The position numbers were made by a program, and so were the translations under genes. From the human T2T-CHM13v2.0 reference genome, Homo sapiens: a DNA stretch of 64,000 nucleotides. The DNA is taken from assembly GCF_009914755.1 (NCBI RefSeq), contig NC_060927.1; one strand, 5' to 3'. This document shows positions 24,940 through 35,022 of this stretch, piece after piece (within the stretch, counting starts at the first letter, position 1; every line of letters starts with the position of its first letter). The notes below the pieces were generated by a model. The model made no database searches. It worked only from the letters and a program-made list of their open reading frames with translations, and was not told where the DNA came from.

Positions 24940-26672
24940 TCAAAGGTTAAGTGTGCAAGTGTCAAATATGTGTATTAGACAAAGGAAGAATCTTGTGGCA
25001 AAGATTATAGAAAAGAAATAAAATATGCTAACAACACTGTACCCCAAGCTGTCTCACCATGGTGAAAGAAATTAAACCTTGTATTTAAACTTTATGAGAG
25101 GGATTGCTGCTCTTGCCACATCTGTAGCAGTTAACAGGTGAATCTTAGAAATTCTGGGGTTTGTGGGCTTACATCCTGGCTATTAAAGCTTCTCCCTCCT
25201 TTTTGTGTCAGAAAAACTAAGGTGGCCACTTTCAGGAGTTTCTCTAAGGTACTATCTTGTCCCAGGGTCCATTTCTGAGTATAAACTGGACGTGGTGAAG
25301 TTTGTGGGTTGCTCATTCTGAAGGACAGGGAATTAGGTGCTCCTCAATTTCCTTCTTTCTTTCAGCAATAAGCTGGGCTGTGAGGGAGAGAGGAAGTGGG
25401 AGTCCTGCCTTTCCTTTCTGTCTTCATGTCCTGCAGTCCTGGCGACCTTAGCAGGTGCCACCCATGGTTGCGAATGCAGCTTGCACCCATGAAGCAGGGA
25501 GGGCCTAGAGAAAAGGAATTATCCACACTCACCTATGCCTCTACCTCCCCTACTGTTGACAACCTTTGAGTTCCCTGGGCCTCATTTATGCTATGGAACA
25601 TGCCCTCCCTCCCTGATGCAGGGGTTTAATTGTCAGGAATTGGCCTTGCCCATTTACACTGTGCTTGTTGCCTGGCTTTGGATCTCTCAGATCTGTTTTT
25701 CCTCTCCAGGCCCTCAAGCTAAATCTTGGAACTGAGTTTGAGACAGAAAAAAGGCATTTCAGGGGCTGCATGGATTCATTTAGATTAAGTCCCAGATGGG
25801 CTTTTCCAAATTAATGAGTAACAGCCAGCAGGGGTTGCTCCTCTGTTGCCTCCCTATCACAAGCAGATTGCTGAGGTATGAAGAGAATCCTCTTGCTTAG
25901 AAAAGAAAGCTTAAAGTGCTTAAGGTCAGGGGTAGGGGACCTGGGAGAAGAAAAAGCCTCTTGCTCTGTGCAAATGGTTTTTTTTAATCACTGTATCCCT
26001 CCCACGGTTCAGACCGGCTAGACTTCCATGAAGGAGAACAGAACCAACATTCCTTTTACCCAAAAGAAAGAGAGAGGTGGCAGTTTATTGGAAGAGAGAC
26101 AGATTCAACAGTTCCACATTTTAACTTACCCTTTCTCGTATCCCATATGGGCCCCCAGATGAGACAGGATTGTTCCCTTGACCCTAACCCCCTTCATGGG
26201 TGGGAAATGTAGTGACTCATTTCACTCAGCTCGCTCTGCTCTTGGCCACTTCTCACAAAAGGGAGTATGCAAGCGAGTGCAGGAACCAGAGGGAATGAAT
26301 GCTGGAACCGGCTGGTCACTCCTCTCTGGGGGGAGCAATGTCCAAGCCCCTGCCCTCTCAGTACCTGGGTTCTTGTCTGGCATCCAAGAAAAATCAGGTC
26401 ACATGAATGAATTGAAGGATAGTGTATGTGGAGGATTTTTATTGGGCAATAAAAGTAGCTCTTAGCAGGTTTCTAGTTGGAAAGGAGATTATGAGGGAAG
26501 GTGATCTTTCCCTGAAGCTGCACCGTCTGAAGTTAGCTGTGTCTACCTGTCTATCCATAGTCTCTGACACTCAGCAGCTTGTATCCCCAATGCTCAACAG
26601 CTTGTATCTCCGACTGCTTGCATCAGCCAGCCACTTGTGTTGCTCTGCCAGCTGAAGTCTTTTTATGGGCAT
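24940..26672 (-). mobile_element. Second ERV1 fragment: partial LTR27-like LTR (26160-26672) with PBS and ~1.2 kb of leader
   Basis: LTR end ...GGAACAATCCTGTCTCA followed by TCTGGGGGCCC; AATAAA poly(A) signal on minus near 26438-26443. No TSD found; left junction approximate. Confidence 0.65.
26140..26157 (-). promoter_or_regulatory. Primer binding site, tRNA-Pro-like
   Basis: TGGGGGCCCATATGGGAT vs tRNA-Pro PBS TGGGGGCTCGTCCGGGAT (14/18). Confidence 0.7.
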
Positions 26673-26842
26673 ATTAAACAATTCAGTTGACTGAGAATAA
26701 AAAAAAAAAATTTCTCAAAAACTAAAATCCCAGGAAAGAAAAATAAGGATAAATTTCTTTTAAATATATATAGTATGTATATACATATATTTACATATAT
26801 ATGTATATTTATTAAATAAATGGTTAAATATATGGGTTATAT

Positions 26843-27332
26843 TGTTGTGCCACACTTTGAGATGAATTAAGAGTCCTTTATTAGCCGGTGACCGAGAGAC
26901 AGCTAACGCTCAAAATTCTCTCAGCCCCGAGGAAGGGGCTTGATTAACTTTTATATCCTGGTTTAGGAAGGGGAGGGGGGGTTTAGTTAAAACAATTTTA
27001 CCAAAGTTAAGTAGTCAAAAAGTTAAAAGGATAAATGGTTACAGGAAAGTAAACAGTTCCAGGTGCAGGGGCTTTAAGGCTATTACAAGGTGATAGACGT
27101 GGGGCTTTGGGTGTTATTAATCAGACGAATTCTTGGGGACTGTGGATATAGTTTGCCACAGTATCTTATCAGTTAATTGCATTCTTGGATATGCTGGGAG
27201 TCAGCTTGCACAAGTTAAGTCCTTGAGGAAGGGGCTGCCAGTGAAAGAGCCAAGATGGAGTTTGTCTGGTTCTCTTAGCCAAGGGAGAAACAAGGCCAGG
27301 TGAATAAGGAAAAAACAAGGTTGGGTATTACA
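26843..27332 (-). repeat. HERV-T 3' LTR (LTR6), 22-bp U5 deletion relative to the 5' LTR
   Basis: Direct alignment to 34227-34737; preceded on minus by purine-rich AAAAACACAAGTGGGGAA. Confidence 0.95.
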
Positions 27333-27356
27333 TTCCCCACTTGTGTTTTTGGGGAA

Positions 27357-29250
27357 TCAAATCATTGATTCCTCAGTTATGACAAGGGGGTTACACTGAG
27401 TCCTAAGATACTTAAGTTTGACAGAAGCTATGCGCTGTTTTATAAAATTAAGAAACCAATTTAATATACAAGGACCGAAGATTAAACTTAATAGTATGAT
27501 GAGGAGAGGTCCAGCTAACTCAGTGATTAAAGTAGTTAGCCAGGGGTTCCAGTTGAACATGCTTTGATAGCAGGGGATGTTATTTTCTCGTTCTTGTTGG
27601 CGCCTATCTAGATTTTCTCAAACTTTTTGGAGTGTATCTTTTATGACTCCAGATTGATTGGCATAGAAGCAACAGCTTTCTCCTAGAGCTGTACATAATC
27701 CTCCTTGAGAGAGGAATAGCAGGTCTAAGCCTCAGCGGTTTTGAAGTACTACTTCAGCCAGAGACTCTACCTGGGAATGTAGTATATCTATGGCAGAGTG
27801 GAGGTTACTTAAATCAGCATCCACCTGTTGAGACAAAGACATTAGTCCAGTTTCTTCTTGAACCAGGGCAGCCATACCAATGGCTGCTGACCCAGCTATG
27901 CTAAGACCAGCCAAGAGGGGAACCAGTAGTGGGGCAGCTCGGCGCAACCTGGGATGTTATTCCGGGGGAGCGATGAGGAGTTGTCCTTCTGGTCCACGGT
28001 ACACGTATACTTGGGGAAGAACATGAACTAACATACACAAGAGACGTCCTGGTTCAGTTCTATTAATGCAGCGAGTGAGACCTGAGGTTCAGGCCAACCA
28101 GGTATTGATAGGCGCTTGGTAAGAGACTGAGGTACTTGTGGAAGTAAGTAGGGACTGATTACACATAGCCTGGAAAGGAGAAGCAGACAAGTTATACCCG
28201 GTACTAATCAGACAGGAAGCGTTTCCAGACACATCTCCTAGTGTGAGAGCACAGGGTCGTGTATGACAGGATAGAGGGCCACGTTTAAGAGTGGCTTCTA
28301 CTCCTAACCCTACATAATAAGGGGGTTTTACTTTTAAACATAGCCAACAATCTTGGGCTAGTTTAGGCTGGATGAGGTTAAGGAAATGATGTACTCCACC
28401 TAGTATAGACATTAGGCTGGGTTGAAGATGATGTCCTTGTAGCCGGGGCTTAGAAACTAAGAATGGTAGAGGAACAGTTAAATCAACTTTGTCAGGGTGT
28501 TTCTGGAACATAGGGTCACCTAGATCAGTTAAAGGCCCGATTGGCTTAGGTGGGCTCCATGAGACCAAAATTTTCTTTTGGATGGTGAACATAGTTCCAA
28601 CATCGAATCCTGAGATATAAAGTCTTAATCCCCATGACATGCCATAATACCATTGAGCTGAATTAGGGTCATGGGCAGTTATAGTTAAGAGGATTACAAT
28701 TCTTTTCAGTACATGATTTAGGATGAGAAGCACGAGTTATGGAATTAATATCTGGCTGATCCCCCAGAGTAGGTGGCTAAAGTTACACATGTCCAATCAG
28801 AGCAGAAAAACTGATAAGTATCTTGACAGCTAGCATTAGGGTGATTTCCAGGACAGAGGTAACAGTCAACATTTTGGAGTCCTTTTTTTTGCACCTTTGG
28901 AGCTTCCACATTTAGTTTGGCTCCCAGAGCGTCCAAATCTTGCTGCAAGGTCGACACTTTTTGCTTCTGGGACCAGCAGATTGTGTTGCTCTTCATGGGT
29001 ATGGGCTGGCTCTGGGAACAGTGCACAAAAATCAACTGCAAAGGAAACTTCCTTGAAGGTACCAGCCCTCCAAGTGGTGTTTGCAAATACATGTCCTGTT
29101 ATGAAAGAGGTGAGGAGAAAGGAGTAGGAATGCGCAGAGGACATAACAGGCAAAAACAAACAAGTGAGGTAGATAAAAAGAATTAATCTAATGGCTTCAC
29201 CTAACTTAGGTGCAGTTTTAAAGGGGCCTGACCTAGGCCTGGGGACCTAT
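27357..29250 (-). pseudogene. env: HERV-T env pseudogene (full-length remnant with stops and frameshifts)
   Basis: Signal region, SU CWLC motif, furin RLRR, fusion peptide AAPLLVPLLAGLSIAGSAAIG, ISD LQNR*GLDLLF, CX6CC and TM anchor in ORFs 28866-29159, 28745-29092, 28089-28733, 27732-27947 and 27357-27560. Start codon ATG>ATA at 29250. Confidence 0.95.
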
Positions 29251-30945
29251 GTTTTTAGTTGGGCTCTGTTGGCCTTTTTGATGCGGGAGTGATGAATCAG
29301 GAGTGAGTCCTTCTTACTGGAACTTTTTAACAAACATTAGGTCTACTGGCTGGAATGAATGGCAAGGCCCTGTCTGTTTAGGAATTGGATTGGGATGGGC
29401 TCCTCAAACAAGTGGCAGAATGATATCTTGTACCTGTTGGAGAGACTGTAGATACTGCAATAAATTAGCTTGTGATATTTCTGCCAAATGGACATCTCTT
29501 AGCTTAGGCAAGATAGGCGGTTCAAAAGGCGAGAACCCAGCCCGATAAGGGGTGCATCTTACTCTAAGTAGGGCTAAAAGGAAGGAGACTTACCCAATTT
29601 TCACCAGTTTTTAAGATTAATTTTGTAAGAGTGTTTTAGGGTGCAGTTCATGCGTTCTACCTGCCCAAAGCTCTGGGGTCGATAGGCACAATGGAGCTTC
29701 CACTGAATGTTTAACACCTTACTGACCGACTGAGCTATGGACGAGGTGAAGGCAGGTCCATTATCAGACCCTATGGCAGCAGGCAGCCCGTGTCAAGGGA
29801 TGATTTCATTGAATAAAAACTTAACCACCTTGCTGGCAGTTTCATTTTTGGTAGCAAATGCCTCAGCCCATCTGGAGAAGGTGTCTACTAGTTACTAGAA
29901 GGTATCTGTACCCAGCCCGGTGTGGTTTTACTTCTGTAAAGTCAATTTCCCACTTTTCTCCTGGTGAGTTTCCTCAGAGACGGTGACCTGGGCTGGGTTG
30001 AGGACCTTGCTTGGCATTTACCTGGGCTCAGGTTGTGTACCGGAAAACTGCTTGATCTGTTAGGCTTTGAAGATGGGAGATTCTTCTTTGTTTTTGATAG
30101 CCTTTTCTGCTGAGGTGAGTAGCCTGCGCTCCTGGTAGATGTGTCCATGTACATGCACAGTAGCAAAGGTGTACCTGCTGTCAGTGTAAACGTTAATACG
30201 TTTATCCTTACCCCATCGGAGACCCTGAGTGAGGGTGATCAATTCAGCTTTTTGCGCTGAGGTGTTTGCTGGTAAAGCCTGAGTCCACAACACATCTGTC
30301 TCCGTGGTAACAGCTGCACCCGCCTTTCGTACTCCCTGATCGAGAAAGCTGCCACCATCTGTGAACACAGTGGCATCCGCCTTCTCAAGGGGCACATCTT
30401 AAAGATCTGGCTGGCCAGTTTTGGTAGTTTCCAACAGTGTCTGACAGTCATGGACAGGAATATTGGAATCTGGATCTGGGAGTAGGGTAGCAGGATTTAA
30501 ACACCTTGTGGGAGAGAAAGTCAAACGAGGCTGATTCAACAGTAAACTCTGATATTGTAAAATGCCAGCATTTGACATCCATTTACCTGAAGCACTTCAA
30601 AATAAAGTCTCTACAGCATGAGGAGCTGTAAGGGTTAAATCCTGGCCCAGAGTTAACTTATCAGTTTCTTGGACTAGAATTGCTGTAGCCGCTACAGCTC
30701 GAAGACAACTTGGCCATCCGGAGGCCACAGGATCCAGTCTCTTAGATAAATAGGCTACCGGGTATCTCCAGGGTTCTAAAGTCTGAGTCTCAAGCCTTTT
30801 AAGCAACTCCCTGGCTTTCATGGACAAACAGGTGAAACAGCTTTGAGATATTAGGGAGGGCTAAAGGAAGGGCTTCAGTTAATGCCTTTTTCAGGTTTTG
30901 AAAAGTCTGTTCTTCTGTGTCTGTCCAAATTAACAGGCCATTTCA
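29230..30945 (-). pseudogene. pol: HERV-T pol remnant: RT connection, RNase H and partial integrase
   Basis: [18 protein letters not shown] (30597-30827), FTDGGS...SAQKAEL...YTDSRY (30060-30395), integrase [12 protein letters not shown] and GQVERMN read manually. PR and RT core are absent. Confidence 0.93.
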
Positions 30946-32291
30946 TTCTGTACCTCTTGGATAGCTGCCATTAAGATTTTTGCTTGTCTTTTATATGCTT
31001 TATCGGTGGCTTTTTCAGCTGCCTGTGTTGCTTGTTTCTGTTTTTTATACTCTTGATTGTCAAAAACCTTTTGGGCTATTTCTAGAAGCTGACTGATATT
31101 TATCCCAGCAAATCCCTCCAGTTTTTGGAGTTTTCTCCTCACATCTGGGGCTGCCTGAGCCACAAATGCCAAATTAAGAGCACGGCTATTTTCAGGGGAC
31201 GCTGGATCAAAAGGGGTGTAAATCCGGTAAGCCTCCTGGAGGCACTCTAAAAATGCTCCTAGTGACTCTTCGGGAACCTGGACGACTTCAGTTGCCTTAG
31301 ACAAGTTTATGGGTTTCCGAGAGGCTCCCTTAATACCCATGAGGAGATACCGGTGAAAATTGTCCAAAGCTGTCCTTCCACTTGAGGAATTTGGGTCCCA
31401 GTTAGGCCGGGTAGAGGGAAAGGCCTCCTCAAGGAGGTCTCTACCTTCCTCCTCAGGCCTACCGGCTGATGCAAGGAAGTGCTTTCTGGCCTCTTTTCGG
31501 ATACGCTCCCTCTCCTCAGAGGTAAAGAGAGTTAAAAGGAGCTGTTGGCAGTCTTGCCAGGTGGGCCGATGGGTCCGGAGTACGGACTCCATCAGTGAGG
31601 TCAAAGCCTGGGGCTTTTCAGAGAAGGGAGGATTATGGGTTTTCCAATTATACAAGTTAGAAGTAGAAAAAGGGAAATAAACCAAGAAGGGGGCTGAGTG
31701 CTCATCACCCGGAGGGACTTGTGCCTCTCTCAGTGGTAGTAGAGGGGCTGCTTCCTCCCGCAACGGTCGCAGCTGGGAGGCAATGGGCGGCGACCCCACA
31801 GAGGACGTCGTTGAAGAGACATGGGATGACGCTAGAGGAGCAGGTTGGTTGTAAGGCGGCGGAACTGGGTGAGGGAAACTCTCCTCTTCTTCAGAGGAGG
31901 GCAGTACAGGTGGTGCCGAACTGGCTGAGGGTCGAGGCGAAAACGTAGCCTGGCTCAGGAGGACTTTGGAGGTGGAATTGTGAATGGCGCATGAATGGAG
32001 CCATGGAGGAGGATTCTTGACCAAACTTAACCATTGATCTACATAGGGAAACTGATCAGGGTGGCTGGGAGCTTCAGTAACAACCTGCCACATGGCTTGA
32101 GCAATTACAGGATTCAACGACCCTTAAGAGGGCCACGTAACTCTAAACTGGCCATTTTACTTCACAGAGTGTCCAGAGTTTGCCTTTCTTAAGGCAGACT
32201 CCCTAATCCTCTGAGAAACCAAGAGAAAAATTTTTCAGCATACACTGGAGGGGGCTCCAACCCTTGCAAGGCTGGGAGGAAGTGTTTCCTA

Positions 32292-32292
<1 letters not shown>
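30930..32292 (-). pseudogene. gag: HERV-T gag: disrupted MA, then a 395-codon open frame (30930-32117) with p12 PPPY and capsid; NC deleted
   Basis: ATA-GGA-AAC-ACT (mutated MGNT) at 32292, TAG and frameshift in MA. PVPPPY, NLYNWK, HRPTWQDCQQLL and MHR-like VVQVPEESLGAFLECLQEAY. Confidence 0.93.
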
Positions 32293-32343
<51 letters not shown>

Positions 32344-32344
32344 T
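32293..32344. repeat. (ATT)n microsatellite abutting the gag start
   Basis: About 16 perfect units directly visible. Confidence 0.97.
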
Positions 32345-32524
32345 AAAGGCAATTTAGCAAAGTCTTAAGTAGAGATATCAGATCTAACATGGGCAGAGAA
32401 ACTCTTTCCCTGGGGGGCTGGAGTGTTGGAAAAACAGAATTAACATGATCAGGAAGAACAGAAAAACCACAACAGCTAATACAACTTGCCACATTGCTGT
32501 AGCTTTAAGATTGAGGGAGGGGGA

Positions 32525-33275
32525 CTAGACGCCAGCCTGAGGTCTCCTGGGCTGGTTCAATCTAGGTATTCTCCCTCTTCTTTTTCCTCTAGACCTATAT
32601 CCTAAATATTTTTGATGTCTCCATGATTCAAAGGCAAACAGTTCAAATTCAGCTCTTTCTTTTAAGGGTTCAAGGAGTGAGAGCAGAGCCAAGTCTTGGA
32701 GACGCTGAACTTGCTGTCGCACTGGAAAAAGAGATGTACAGGGTAGGGGGGCAGGGACGAGGAGGTGGAAAATGAGATGTGCGGGGTAGGGGGCAGGGAC
32801 GAGGAGGAAAGGGACCACTCGGGTAGTTTTTAAGATGAGAGAGTATCCGCAGGGGAACAGAGTAGGAATTTAAATGAAGTAAACAGTAGGGGCATAGGTT
32901 TCCCTACACAAGGTCCTATTTAAGGGCATGGGGAAGGTTACAGAATGACAGAAGAGATAGGCAAGTAGGTCTACAGGGTGGCTGTTTTGAACCCACCACC
33001 AGTTTAGTTCAGAAGAAGTCCAATCACTAGGACGTGGGGTATGACAGTCTAAATACCAGCCAACCTTCATGGTGCCAGAAATCCCAATCAGACATATGTT
33101 CTTTACATTTGTTCCCGTAACAACACCTGACTTGCTTCTGGCAGAAAAGACAGGACTGTGGTGGCCAGCCTAAACAACTGATGAGAAATTTAACATCTTG
33201 TGACAAAAAATCAGCACTAAGGACCCTGAAGAAGTTTTTACCCAGACGTCTTGGGCAATATCGACGTTCTGACAT
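32525..33275 (-). pseudogene. Putative HERV-T pre-gag ORF remnant (~235 aa, unknown function)
   Basis: ORFs 33027-33290 and 32525-32818 join in one frame once one 43-bp copy of the tandem duplication at 32723-32807 is removed. Five internal stops. Confidence 0.6.
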
Positions 33276-34205
33276 GCAAAACCTTAACAAATACTAAACA
33301 AGACAATGAACACTGAACAGAGCAATAAAACATAAAGCAAACAATTCCACCCTAGGGCATGTAAACAGTTATGACAGTTTTCCTTTTTTTTTTTTTTTAG
33401 ACACACAAGGGAAGGGGGTCCCGTGATGGGATCATTCAGATGTCCGCCTGGCCGCTCCCCCTGAGGGGACTTGGGCTCCTCTTAGCATTGGCAGGCCGGT
33501 ATAAACCCCCGGCTTGGATCGAGCTATGCCCGATGCTGCCTTAAGCCTTATGAGGTAGCCATGGAACCCCAGTTGAGGGCCCACTCGAACTCTGTAGCTT
33601 TCGCCGTGGAGCTACAAACTGGAAGACAAATGCAAGCCTTTGTCCTCCCACATTTACACACCATTTATACAGAGTTTATAACAGTTTTTTTTTCTTTCCC
33701 GGAGATTCTCCAAGAAACCTGAACAAAAGAAGGATGGAAGATAGAAAAGAGAGAGAGAGAGAGAGAGACCGGTCTGACAGAAACCAAGTCTCAGCTCCCC
33801 AGCGTCTGGGTCTTAAGCTAAGTCCAAAAGTGGGAGGGTCCTCTTCAGGACCCCTTCCCACCCAAACCAAGACACAAAGGCGCCTATCAGAAAACCAAGG
33901 CTCAACCCACTAGTGTCCTAGAGTAACGGGCTGAGTCAAAAGAGGGACGCCCTCTTCAGAGCTGCTTCCCTCTTACCAGAACCTGAAGGAAGTCAAATCT
34001 GACCTACCTGACCCTGGGGTCAGAAGCTGAGGACTCAGATGCTGAATTTTAGGTCACTCACACGGTAGTCGATCTGCTCTCCTCTGGAAGACGGTCACTC
34101 TTCGGGGACCTGAAAATTGTTTCCTCAGGTGGCGCCCCGCCTCCGAGCCGGCCGTCCTTCCGGGGGAGCCTGGAGCGAGACCGGATCTCACACGGTGGTG
34201 TTAAT

Positions 34206-34223
34206 ATCTCGCTGGGGCCTCCA
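34206..34223 (-). promoter_or_regulatory. Primer binding site, tRNA-Thr(UGU)
   Basis: TGGAGGCCCCAGCGAGAT, 18/18 to the recalled tRNA-Thr 3' end, 3 nt after the 5' LTR. Confidence 0.93.
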
Positions 34224-34226
34224 AAA

Positions 34227-34737
34227 TGTTGTGCCCAGGGGTGTTAGAGAAAACACCACACTTTGAGATGAATTAAGAGTCCTTTATTAGCCGGCGACCG
34301 AGAGACCGCTAACACTCAAAATTCTCTCCGCCCGAGGAAGGGGCTTGATTAACTTTTATATCTTGGTTTAGGAAGGGGAGGGGGGGTTTAGTTAAAACAA
34401 TTTTACAGAAGCTAAGTAGTCAAAAAGTTAAAAGGATAAATGGTTACAGGAAAGTAAACAGTTCCAGGTGCAGGGGCTTTAAGACTATTACAAGGTGATA
34501 GAGGCGGGGCTTTGGGCATTATCAATCAGACGAATTCTTGAGGACTGCAGATATAGCTTGCCACAGTATTTTATCAGTTAATTGCATTCTTGGATGTGCT
34601 GGGAGTCAGCTTGCACAAGTTAAGTCCTTGAGGAAGGGGCTGCCAGTGAAAGAGCCAAGATGGAGTTTGTCTGGTTCTCTTAGCTAAGGGAGAAACAAGG
34701 CCAGGTGAATAAGGAAAAAACAAGGTTGGGTATTACA
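34227..34737 (-). repeat. HERV-T 5' LTR (LTR6)
   Basis: 511 bp with TG...CA ends; AATAAA and GATATAAAA on minus strand. Confidence 0.95.
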
Positions 34738-34741
34738 ATAT

Positions 34742-35022
34742 ATCTTTATGTGTATATATACACTTATATACGTGTATATGTGTGTATATATGCATATTTG
34801 TGTGTATGTGTATTTTAACATATATTTATTTACCACATATATATTTAAAAGCATATATTTATGCTTATTTTCTCTCCCAGGAACTTGGTTTTTTTATACA
34901 TACATATATATATATATATATATACACATACACACACATAAACACACACATGTACACACACATATATGTACATATACACACATATATGTATTCAAGTACA
35001 TATATATATACACACACTTATG
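34742..35022. repeat. TA/CA/TG-rich low-complexity block between HERV-T and HERV-H (continues at 26760-26842)
   Basis: Directly visible. Confidence 0.9.

Larger units (their letters stand above)
26843..34737 (-). mobile_element. HERV-T (HERVS71) provirus with LTR6-type LTRs, 7895 bp, internally deleted
   Basis: LTRs at 26843-27332 (3') and 34227-34737 (5'), starting TGTAATACCCAACC. TSD atat at 26839-26842 and 34738-34741. Thr PBS, PPT, and gammaretroviral gag, RNase H, IN and env remnants. Confidence 0.96.

Noticed and set aside
27357-29250. Intact or co-opted HERV-T Env (syncytin-like) gene
   Set aside because: Start codon lost, TAG at codon 6, frameshifts, and stops before the furin site and in the ISD.
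34206-34223. tRNA gene suggested by a perfect tRNA-Thr match (similar at 26140, 40263, 41689)
   Set aside because: Only the 18-nt complement of the tRNA 3' end including CCA, adjacent to an LTR, so a primer binding site.
34860-34882. Splice-acceptor-like ttattttctctcccag/g as a host exon
   Set aside because: It is the inverted copy of MER4 internal sequence and is followed by microsatellite with no donor or coding frame.
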